A program made the translations under genes and the position numbers. Below, piece after piece: positions 53,860-61,947 of a DNA stretch of 64,000 bases; the stretch's first letter is position 1, and each line of letters opens with the position of its first letter. The DNA is from a virus, in the IMG/VR virus record IMGVR_UViG_3300010167_000003. The stretch is one strand, 5' to 3'. Below the pieces are notes generated by a model. The model was not told the origin of the DNA. It saw only the letters and a program-made list of their open reading frames with translations, and made no database searches.

Positions 53860-54464
53860 TCGGCACCGTCCCCTTCCTTCAGGTGTTTAGGGGTCCGTTT
53901 AGTGGTGGGCTGCTCTGGCTGGGGGACGGGCTGCTTTGGTGTAAGCATCTCCATGATCTGGCTAAGCTGGTTCTCGATATGATTTACCTTGCCAACCACA
54001 TCCAACGTCGCGTTAAAGTCGAACGCTGACGCTTGCGGTTCTGGCTCTGGTACTACCGGTGGTACTACTGGCATAGGTTGTTTGGCAAAGGATGCTGTGG
54101 CTTGCACCATCTCAGGCACTTTGGCGTTGTACCAAAGCAGGTGAATCTCCATAGAATCCATGTCGTAGAAGATAAATTTCTTGCCCTCTCCAACCAGCTG
54201 CCAGTGTGGAACCTTGTAGTTCCACGCTTCCTCCGCACTCTTTACCGGTATGAATATTGGCGTTTGCGGAGAAACAGGCGTGCTATTACTCTGAGCAGAT
54301 ACGGCCCCAGGATAGTTAGGACGGGCAGAATTAGGTGGCTGAATGGCATTTAACCTCTCCTCCAATTCTTGTTGACGTACATCCATGCGCTGCATGAAGT
54401 CATAGATGTCGTAGTACGACGATTGACGATGTGACATTGAGCTCCCTCCTCCGAAAAAAGACAA
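53856..54464 (-). CDS. hypothetical protein with Pro-rich segments
   Basis: 202 aa. Very strong RBS (GGAGGAGGGAG). First gene of the operon. Confidence 0.65.
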   Translation of the reverse strand: MSFFGGGSSMSHRQSSYYDIYDFMQRMDVRQQELEERLNAIQPPNSARPNYPGAVSAQSNSTPVSPQTPIFIPVKSAEEAWNYKVPHWQLVGEGKKFIFYDMDSMEIHLLWYNAKVPEMVQATASFAKQPMPVVPPVVPEPEPQASAFDFNATLDVVGKVNHIENQLSQIMEMLTPKQPVPQPEQPTTKRTPKHLKEGDGAE

Positions 54465-54586
54465 AGTGACATGTGTACACGTGGCTAGACGCCAGTGTTA
54501 CCAATGACTTATTCAGTTATTTGTATTTGGGAGACTCCATTGATGTGATAAACCCTGCGAGAATCACAGAACTCTATGTACGCATA

Positions 54587-54615
54587 TTGAAAATGTTGTG
54601 AGGTTCTGCTATCAT
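54587..54615 (+). promoter_or_regulatory. plus-strand promoter inside the minus-strand arm
   Basis: TTGAAA (54587-54592), a 17-nt spacer, then TATCAT (54610-54615) with a TGC extension. Confidence 0.5.
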
Positions 54616-54656
54616 GCCTATGACATCTCCTGCCGGGGGAGTCTCGTAATACAGGT

Positions 54657-54682
54657 GTGAGGGGGTTGCGGAACCCCCTCAC
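54657..54682. terminator. strong 11-bp-stem hairpin shared by convergent transcripts
   Basis: GTGAGGGGGTT-GCGG-AACCCCCTCAC. There is a T-rich tail on the + side only. Confidence 0.6.
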
Positions 54683-54683
54683 A

Positions 54684-54806
54684 TCATTTCTTAGGCGGCC
54701 CTATACAATGCAAGCCACCACGCATGTTTAAGTTTCTGACAATATTAAGTGCTATCAACAGAGGTGTTGGGACAAATGAATGACTATTGGATGTGAACTT
54801 TGACAT
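54684..54806 (-). CDS. 40-aa peptide (MSKFTSNSHSFVPTPLLIALNIVRNLNMRGGLHCIGPPKK)
   Basis: AGGAGG (54816-54821) lies 9 nt upstream of the ATG. The stop abuts the hairpin. An own extended -10 element lies upstream. Confidence 0.45.
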   Translation of the reverse strand: MSKFTSNSHSFVPTPLLIALNIVRNLNMRGGLHCIGPPKK

Positions 54807-54887
54807 GCCAAACAACCTCCTGCCTTGAGACCTCACAAGCGAAGTGACTCGCTTGGCGGATTTCGGCCTCTGAAAACAGTATAACAT

Positions 54888-54896
54888 GAAATGTCA
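54888..54896 (-). promoter_or_regulatory. extended -10 element (TGTTATACT) for the small peptide gene
   Basis: Reverse complement of 54888-54896. The -35 is poor. Confidence 0.35.
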
Positions 54897-54999
54897 ACCT
54901 AATGAGTAAATTTGGTTGACACGACAAAATCCACGGATGTAAATATATCAACGCTACTTGGAAATATGGGTGTAAGACTCAATAGAGGATGTTGTCAGA

Positions 55000-57234
55000 C
55001 TAGAATGACTTGGTGTATGTGGTGCGTAAGAGCACAGGTTTCGGGTGCTCTTGAGAGGCGGGGCACGTCACTGTCACGTTAAATGTCACGGATGCACCGA
55101 AAGCTAGGCTGGGGATGGACACAGGGTTATCCCACAGGCTCACGAACTGGTAGTACGGGAAGTCCCAGTCGGGGTGCACGGTGATGAGCACATTCTCCAA
55201 CGTCATACGCATCCGGTCGTTGTTGGTTATCGTAACCTGGACGGTCTTTGGTACATAAGCAACAACCATCCCCACAACAATATCCTGCCCTCTACCAATC
55301 TCATTGCCTTGGAACCGGCTTACATACTCATGGGAAGTAACTTCGTACTTCCAGTTGCGGTTCGTGGAGACGGTACGGCCAATACCATGCGTCTCCGACA
55401 TGGACAGGGCAAGACTATACTCAGCCGCTGTGAACGGCTGGTAAGGAATCCTCATGGTGGACGGGTTTATCTTTACAACAGCGGGGTCCAGGAAGGTAGC
55501 CCCGTTGCTGAGCCCAGTAATCGTATATGTTTCTATCAATCGTCTAGTTTGATAATCCTCACCATCCAACATGGCTACATCATCTTGAAGGAGCCACGGT
55601 AAATGTGAGGAGCCGTACCACTGTAAGAAGCGGAACAGCGGCCACTCAGCTCTGGCAGAGTTCGACTCGGCATCTCTGCCAAGTGGCACCTTACCCCACA
55701 GCAAAGGTGATAACGGGATGTCCTTTCTCATCTTCGAGAAGGTAACATCAATCTCGTTGCCTACCGACAACATGCCATTGATTATGAAGTTGGGGTCATA
55801 TTTTGTAGACCGGCCAATATGTGAGGAGGCCACGTGGGTTACACCATCCACCTCGCCGGTATTCACATCGAGTACCACAATACTGCTGATTAAAACAGGG
55901 TGTTGTAATAGGGTACGGCACCACACTCTGTCGATCTCATGGTAATCACCCTGCGCAACCCATTCACCTTTCTTACACCGGCAGCACTTGCAACGTCGGC
56001 AGCACTTGCAGCAATCACATTCTTCACAGTGGGTACACTCCACCTCACCCTCCTCATTTTCGTGGGCGTGTGTGCAGCACGGCTTATCCTGACTGTTACA
56101 ACACACGCAAAAGTGTACGTCCTTATCATCGTGTTCGTCACACCTGCAACAGCAGCCACAGAGTATCGGTTCCTCATCCGGGTCAAGAGGTGGGATGGTG
56201 TCGTCATACTCCGGGCAATGTTTACAGCAGTTTTCACAATCGAAGCAGGGGCAGTCCTCACACCACTTCTCAAATTTGTACGCTGGCATATAATGCTTCT
56301 GCTCGGTGCACTCACATGGTTGCACGCAGCCACAAACTAGGCACACCATAACACCTTGGTATAAGTCCTTACACCAGCCCCAGTGTTGCTGCCACTCCCA
56401 CCGGCGGTCATACCTCCACCATTCACCTTCGAGGTATGACATGGGGGCGTCATAATCCTCTATCCACTGTTGCCTGTGGCTCTTGGTCGGTGGATCACTC
56501 TCTTTGTCTACCGTTTCCGTGGTCACATGCACGAAGATTTCCTTCTGCCAGTTCAACCACTGGCCGACCAAGAGTTCATTGGCTGTGGCAATCTTGTCAA
56601 TCCAGGTGGTCATGAACTCTTCACGCGGTGTGAAGTCCCACTGATGGGTATGGAATACTCCGATGGGTTGCAGGTGGTTTATCCCTATAACCAACTTCGT
56701 GCCTACCCGTGCAAAGACTGGTGGGTACTTGTAATAAGAAGGCCCGATGGGAATGTTTTCGTACTTGTCGATCACCATACCCGCCGTCTTGAATCGGTCC
56801 GGCACTAACAGGTGCGCTATGGTGGCCGCCTCACGGGGCCATTCGATTTCAATGTGGTCCCGCAGCGGTTTATGCGCTGATGGAATATGTATGGGACAAG
56901 ATGGTCTCCATGTAAACTCCCCGGTTGTGCAGTTAAACGCCACACGCTCGATAAGCACACGCCCCCATTTGTTGTGCATGAGGACATAGACCTCTGACCA
57001 GTCATCGGAGAGTTGAATACCAGCGCAGTACGCGCCGATTCCATGATGGCTTATTGAGAATAGGATGTGGGTGTTCTTAACCGCGCCGTCCTCCACGTAA
57101 CTCAGGTGTACTGGTCGGCCAGAAGCAATGATGAATCTGCGATCATCAAGACAGGCTATACCAGCATGGGGACCGACAAATGCCATGTCCCCATGCTGAA
57201 TAATTTCTTGTTCCTGTCCTGTGATCCAGCGCAC
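55000..57234 (-). CDS. 744-aa virion-type protein with central cysteine-cluster insert
   Basis: Long ORF. Residues encoded by about 55975-56343 contain about 33 Cys in about 120 aa (hand count). Confidence 0.75.
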   Translation of the reverse strand: MRWITGQEQEIIQHGDMAFVGPHAGIACLDDRRFIIASGRPVHLSYVEDGAVKNTHILFSISHHGIGAYCAGIQLSDDWSEVYVLMHNKWGRVLIERVAFNCTTGEFTWRPSCPIHIPSAHKPLRDHIEIEWPREAATIAHLLVPDRFKTAGMVIDKYENIPIGPSYYKYPPVFARVGTKLVIGINHLQPIGVFHTHQWDFTPREEFMTTWIDKIATANELLVGQWLNWQKEIFVHVTTETVDKESDPPTKSHRQQWIEDYDAPMSYLEGEWWRYDRRWEWQQHWGWCKDLYQGVMVCLVCGCVQPCECTEQKHYMPAYKFEKWCEDCPCFDCENCCKHCPEYDDTIPPLDPDEEPILCGCCCRCDEHDDKDVHFCVCCNSQDKPCCTHAHENEEGEVECTHCEECDCCKCCRRCKCCRCKKGEWVAQGDYHEIDRVWCRTLLQHPVLISSIVVLDVNTGEVDGVTHVASSHIGRSTKYDPNFIINGMLSVGNEIDVTFSKMRKDIPLSPLLWGKVPLGRDAESNSARAEWPLFRFLQWYGSSHLPWLLQDDVAMLDGEDYQTRRLIETYTITGLSNGATFLDPAVVKINPSTMRIPYQPFTAAEYSLALSMSETHGIGRTVSTNRNWKYEVTSHEYVSRFQGNEIGRGQDIVVGMVVAYVPKTVQVTITNNDRMRMTLENVLITVHPDWDFPYYQFVSLWDNPVSIPSLAFGASVTFNVTVTCPASQEHPKPVLLRTTYTKSF

Positions 57235-57236
57235 AC

Positions 57237-60200
57237 TTACACCCTATATGCGAAGAAACTTGTGACTCTAAGGAACTTTGCGTTTATGTAAAGGTTGACT
57301 GCATCTACCACTTCATACTCAGGCTCTACCTTGATGTAGAACTTTGCCTGTTCTCCTGGCCGGATATACGCACTGAGTTCAATTTGCTTGAACCACGGGC
57401 CATCCTTGTCGAGTCCAAGCCACAGCATCTGTGAGTGCTCCAGAACATCCGGCGGCGGTACAAACAACCTGACGCGGGACACCACATCCCTGAGCAGGTT
57501 GTTACGGACGAAGGCCAAGCGTATGAGCGTCCTGCCATATGATGCGTTCTGGATATCAATGGAGCTGGAGAACGGTGTGGGTGGCAGGCCATCCCCTATA
57601 CAGATGTGCATAAAGGGGTGTGCAGAGTGAACAGCCTGTCCCTGGAACGGGTAACTGGCGAACAGATACTCTCGTGCTACTCCTACGTTGTGGTTATATA
57701 TCGCTGCAAACGGGAACTGCTCAAGACCCCATGTTTCAACGGATGATGTCATCGGATTGATAAGCACTGGCCCGGTGTATCCCATATGATTGGCGATAAG
57801 CTGAGCAGATATGCTTGCAAGAGAGGTAAGTGTTGGAAGTTCCCCTCTGGCTTTCATTGGTAGTGCAGCGGACACCGGCAGCGGCCACGTTGCTTGATTA
57901 CCATTCTCATGCTGACCGTACATGTACTTCGCGTACTCCCCGACGGCATTCCTATCCTGCCAGTACAGGGTGTCGTAATCCATTTGTCGCGCCGGGAGCC
58001 CCCAGTAGAAGCGGAAGTTGCCGTTGCTTGCCATGTGTATGACCTCTGGCACCGAACCCTCGATGACATCCATGCGGTACATAGCCATCATCCAGCCTGC
58101 GCCGGTCATGTTAGCCACGTTGTTGGGTGGGATTAACGGGTCACGTACAGTATTTGTAGGCTGCGCGTGATAACGGAAGCCAAGCACATAAATATACGGG
58201 AACATGACAGCGATACCACGCGGCCAATTCACATCGGGGTTCCATATGTGCTGCCTTTGATTAAACGGCACGTTGGGCAGCAGGGGAAGCTGCGCCACGC
58301 TGTCTCTGGTCAGGTTAAAGTTGAAATCATCACGCAGCAGTATGATTGTCAGCGGGGATAACGTAGCCGATGGCTGCCATTTAGCGTCCTCTGGGTTAAG
58401 GCGCACGTATAGGGCCAGTGTGTTTGTCTTTACCCCATCCTCGTAGCGTATTTCTGTAAACTGTGCTAATCCAAGGACTTCCTGGATTGTCCCATAAGGA
58501 CAGGACCAGAGAGGTATCGTGCGTATAGTACGGGCCACCTTCTCAACGATACTCTCGTCGGCTGACATTATGACTTCCAGTATGTATATAGTATTGAGTT
58601 CAGCGGAGGCCACAGCGATGACCCAGGCTTCGTCATATATAGACCAGAAGGGTGCCGTTACAGCCAAATCGTCAACGTAGCAGAGCGCCTGACCATTCTC
58701 AGGCACTGTAACCATCGTTGGGCTGACCGCCCTCTTAGCATAGCCAACCAAAGGTACACGAGGGTCGTCTACCAGCAGTCGCGTAAAGATATTTAGCTGA
58801 GTGGGTACTACACCCATTGCAGGGCCATATGATTCAACCACATTCCATACCCTCGAAATAGGATGGCTTGGGCTGTAAGGCATGTGGTTTCGTACTGAGC
58901 GATACCAATTATATTTACCTATAATGGCTGTAATGATGTTCAGCCCTATATATGGCACCATCGTGGAGTTCGACACCGGATATCCAACGATATCTGTGGA
59001 TTCAAACTGAGGGTTCACCGCATTTAGAGCCCCACGAGTCTGCACGTACCGGCGGAACGGTTTGAACTTGTATGTTCCTGCGGGAGTACCAGCAGGAAGT
59101 AGGCCAGTCAATACCAGCGTCATGTTGCACATTATGGGAATCGCTGTCGGGTTTCCAGAAGTGGTCTCCTCACCAAATGTAAGGTCACTTTGAGGGTTCC
59201 ACCACCAACCCCGGAGTGTGCTCGTAGTACGCCAAACAGAGACCCAATAACTACCGCTGCCATTTCTATTGGACCATGTTACTCTGTACCCATCATCCCA
59301 TGTGCGCGTATCCCGGTAGAAATTGAACCCCCACCAGTCTTTGGAAAAATCACCAATCGGGTTGAGTAAATCCCCATCGTGCAAACCTGGGCTAGAGGTT
59401 ATGTTACGTGGAATCATACTCCCCTGACCAGCGGAGTTTGTGGTCTCCTGCCACTCATCAATGGGAGGCATTGTTACGATTAAATTGATATCAGCGTTGG
59501 GGGATTGCGTGTGGAGCATACTGACACGTCTACCACAGCGGTACACCTGCATCGGGGTGTAACAATGATACGCTGCCATCATTGGCAACGCCAGCGGTGT
59601 GGTTTGTACATTAACAAAGAACGCGCCCTCCACCGGGTAGGGATATAGCATGTTCAGATCAGTAAGTGGGCCTATCCCATTTTCCGGCCACGTCTGGGCT
59701 ATTTGTACATCGGCAGCGGTGATGGGAATGCACGCACCCACCGGCGCGGAACGCACCTCAAATCGCAGCGAATCCCTAAACCTTGCTATAAATTCAGTGC
59801 AGTCCAGAAGCTCCCGTACCTTTACAGTGCGCTTAATATCGTTGGGGTTCTGCACGAATCTGTGCTTTGTCATAATTCCAGAAGCCGCGCTGCTCCAGGG
59901 TAAAACGGCGGGTTGATTCACGTCTCGTACAAAAATACCCACACCAACCGACGTTGTACTTGTTTCATAAGCAGCGGAGTATATTTCCCTCTGTTCCTGC
60001 ACCATAGTATGAATGGTCTGCCATTGTGGGTAGCTCCGTAGGGTTGGGAACGGATTTGTGAACCAGGGCTCAGGTAATTGGCCGCCTATCGTAGTCGTAT
60101 CACTGTGCAATGTCATAGACGGGGCTTCCAACGCGGAGCGTTCGGCTCCAGTAACGAGGTAACAGCCGCCAGACCTTGTTATCTTGGCTTCTGTTTTTAC

Positions 60201-60818
60201 TTTGACCAGCCCTACTACTGCGCCTTCCGGCATCTCTGATTCAGTACCAAATTCACCAAACGATGTCAGCGAGCCATGCTTGGGGTTCGTTACGGGGGTC
60301 ATAAAGAAGGTGTCTTCGTCTAAGTCGTTCAGGACTACTATCTCATACTCTGTCAGCGATTCCTGGTTAATCCTGATGTCATCCGGCACCATGTGCTGTG
60401 TTATTGATGGTAGCTCATCAGGAGCTGTACGGCTTCCAATGTAATTTATCGGGATATTGTCAATCACCATACTACCAAGGTTCATTCCTTCACCAGACAT
60501 CGTGGGGGAGAGGGACTCATACTTCTTATTGAGGAATGTCATAGGCAGGCGCACCCCTACCACATCTTTTGTCTGACGGAAAATTACCTCTCCATCAAGC
60601 TCTGCCCTGTTGTAGTCCGCCGCTGTGTATAGCCACACAGGGTTCATCTCATCAATAGGAAACGCAAAGAGGTTTTCCATTTTATATACATAGGCAGACG
60701 GGGCCATGAAGACAGTGCCGGAGACTGTGGGGAGTATCACCTCACGGGCATCCTCCACGTCAAGCACTTCCACTCTCGATATTCGCATCAGATCATCAGT
60801 AGGGTTGCCAACCGACAT
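57237..60818 (-). CDS. 1193-aa hypothetical structural protein
   Basis: Uninterrupted ORF. RBS GGGAGG. No recognisable motif. Confidence 0.75.
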   Translation of the reverse strand: MSVGNPTDDLMRISRVEVLDVEDAREVILPTVSGTVFMAPSAYVYKMENLFAFPIDEMNPVWLYTAADYNRAELDGEVIFRQTKDVVGVRLPMTFLNKKYESLSPTMSGEGMNLGSMVIDNIPINYIGSRTAPDELPSITQHMVPDDIRINQESLTEYEIVVLNDLDEDTFFMTPVTNPKHGSLTSFGEFGTESEMPEGAVVGLVKVKTEAKITRSGGCYLVTGAERSALEAPSMTLHSDTTTIGGQLPEPWFTNPFPTLRSYPQWQTIHTMVQEQREIYSAAYETSTTSVGVGIFVRDVNQPAVLPWSSAASGIMTKHRFVQNPNDIKRTVKVRELLDCTEFIARFRDSLRFEVRSAPVGACIPITAADVQIAQTWPENGIGPLTDLNMLYPYPVEGAFFVNVQTTPLALPMMAAYHCYTPMQVYRCGRRVSMLHTQSPNADINLIVTMPPIDEWQETTNSAGQGSMIPRNITSSPGLHDGDLLNPIGDFSKDWWGFNFYRDTRTWDDGYRVTWSNRNGSGSYWVSVWRTTSTLRGWWWNPQSDLTFGEETTSGNPTAIPIMCNMTLVLTGLLPAGTPAGTYKFKPFRRYVQTRGALNAVNPQFESTDIVGYPVSNSTMVPYIGLNIITAIIGKYNWYRSVRNHMPYSPSHPISRVWNVVESYGPAMGVVPTQLNIFTRLLVDDPRVPLVGYAKRAVSPTMVTVPENGQALCYVDDLAVTAPFWSIYDEAWVIAVASAELNTIYILEVIMSADESIVEKVARTIRTIPLWSCPYGTIQEVLGLAQFTEIRYEDGVKTNTLALYVRLNPEDAKWQPSATLSPLTIILLRDDFNFNLTRDSVAQLPLLPNVPFNQRQHIWNPDVNWPRGIAVMFPYIYVLGFRYHAQPTNTVRDPLIPPNNVANMTGAGWMMAMYRMDVIEGSVPEVIHMASNGNFRFYWGLPARQMDYDTLYWQDRNAVGEYAKYMYGQHENGNQATWPLPVSAALPMKARGELPTLTSLASISAQLIANHMGYTGPVLINPMTSSVETWGLEQFPFAAIYNHNVGVAREYLFASYPFQGQAVHSAHPFMHICIGDGLPPTPFSSSIDIQNASYGRTLIRLAFVRNNLLRDVVSRVRLFVPPPDVLEHSQMLWLGLDKDGPWFKQIELSAYIRPGEQAKFYIKVEPEYEVVDAVNLYINAKFLRVTSFFAYRV

Positions 60819-60838
60819 TAACTTTTCCTCCCTCTCTC

Positions 60839-61369
60839 TTACAAGAAACTCTCTATGTCATCTCCGACGTAGAAGAACCGGAGTTGCCATGATTTTATAA
60901 GTCTATGCCGAAGACCTCTAAGCACCGTTTCACGCGGGGCGTCGGCGAAGCGCACCTTGTACACGTGGCCGTCTGGCTCCCGTAGAATCAAGTAGTCACG
61001 ACGTATTGGCATGAAATCAGTTGGGAACGTCGCAGGTGCTTCAGGGTTATTCGTATAGTATAGCCGTCGGAGGATGTCTCCGTGGTCAATCACAATACCT
61101 TCCTTAGCTTTCACTGTCCGGCGTGTGATAGCCACCACGTCGATGGTCTTGGTGGAGTATCTTGGCAGCGAGTGCTGGATGGCAACACCTTTCAACAGCT
61201 GGAGGCGGTTCAGCCGCGCCGGATGCTCAAAGTCAGGAAAGAATGAGTCGGCTATGAACTCGCATACTTCCTCCCGTTCCCCGGTCGCGCCGGTTGTACC
61301 CGTCAATGTGTGATACTTGATGGGTCGATTCGTCCAGTCACCGTCTATCATATATGGAGTTACGGGCAT
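60839..61369 (-). CDS. hypothetical protein
   Basis: 176 aa. RBS GGAGGTGGGAG. Confidence 0.65.
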   Translation of the reverse strand: MPVTPYMIDGDWTNRPIKYHTLTGTTGATGEREEVCEFIADSFFPDFEHPARLNRLQLLKGVAIQHSLPRYSTKTIDVVAITRRTVKAKEGIVIDHGDILRRLYYTNNPEAPATFPTDFMPIRRDYLILREPDGHVYKVRFADAPRETVLRGLRHRLIKSWQLRFFYVGDDIESFL

Positions 61370-61947
61370 TCTCCCACCTCCAGTCCCCAGGCATCCCAGC
61401 CTTTGAACCGCTCTCTGGCAAAAAGTTCTATGCGCGGGGCGTAAGAAACTTTCTCAATCATATCGCGCATTTCATCAGGTTTGCGGCTATGTTCTGTTCG
61501 CGGTGCTATAAATCCGGTCAAGCCCTGCTGCCGTTTACCGTTCACCGTTTTATATGGCAGCCGCTGTGGGGTGGAACCGAACAAACAGTGCTCGGTAAGG
61601 CCCCTGAAATACTGTCCCAGACCGGCTTTGCCTTCTTTCATCCAAGTGATGCAAGTCACGTATTGGAAACCCCAGGCTTCCATTACTAAGAGGGCGTCCA
61701 TAAGAAAGTTATTGGTCGCCCACAGATAAAGGTGGCATCCCTCTGGGTGTATCAGCGCCTGTACGGGGAGTTCCATTATGTCCTGCGTTTTCATCAAGGC
61801 ATAATGGCGGTCGGCCCCGCGCTTTACCTTACCTCCACCGCTCTCCATCCAAGGAGGGTCGGCGAGGATGGTCTTATAGTGCTCAGCTTTTCCAATCGTG
61901 TTACTCATCAAAGACATCCTGTGCCTTGTTCCAGAACATCGTAGCAT
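61360..61947 (-). CDS. MT-A70-family N6-adenine methyltransferase
   Basis: ILADPPWM (DPPW catalytic motif), then LYLWATN and GFQYVTCITWMK. The start is probably internal (ATG 61917 or 61908). Confidence 0.8.
   Translation of the reverse strand: MLRCSGTRHRMSLMSNTIGKAEHYKTILADPPWMESGGGKVKRGADRHYALMKTQDIMELPVQALIHPEGCHLYLWATNNFLMDALLVMEAWGFQYVTCITWMKEGKAGLGQYFRGLTEHCLFGSTPQRLPYKTVNGKRQQGLTGFIAPRTEHSRKPDEMRDMIEKVSYAPRIELFARERFKGWDAWGLEVGECP

Noticed and set aside
54684-54887. Full-length 67-aa version of the small minus-strand ORF
   Set aside because: Its ATG lies inside the putative -10 element and lacks an RBS. The internal ATG at 54806 has a canonical AGGAGG at 9 nt, so the 40-aa form is preferred.
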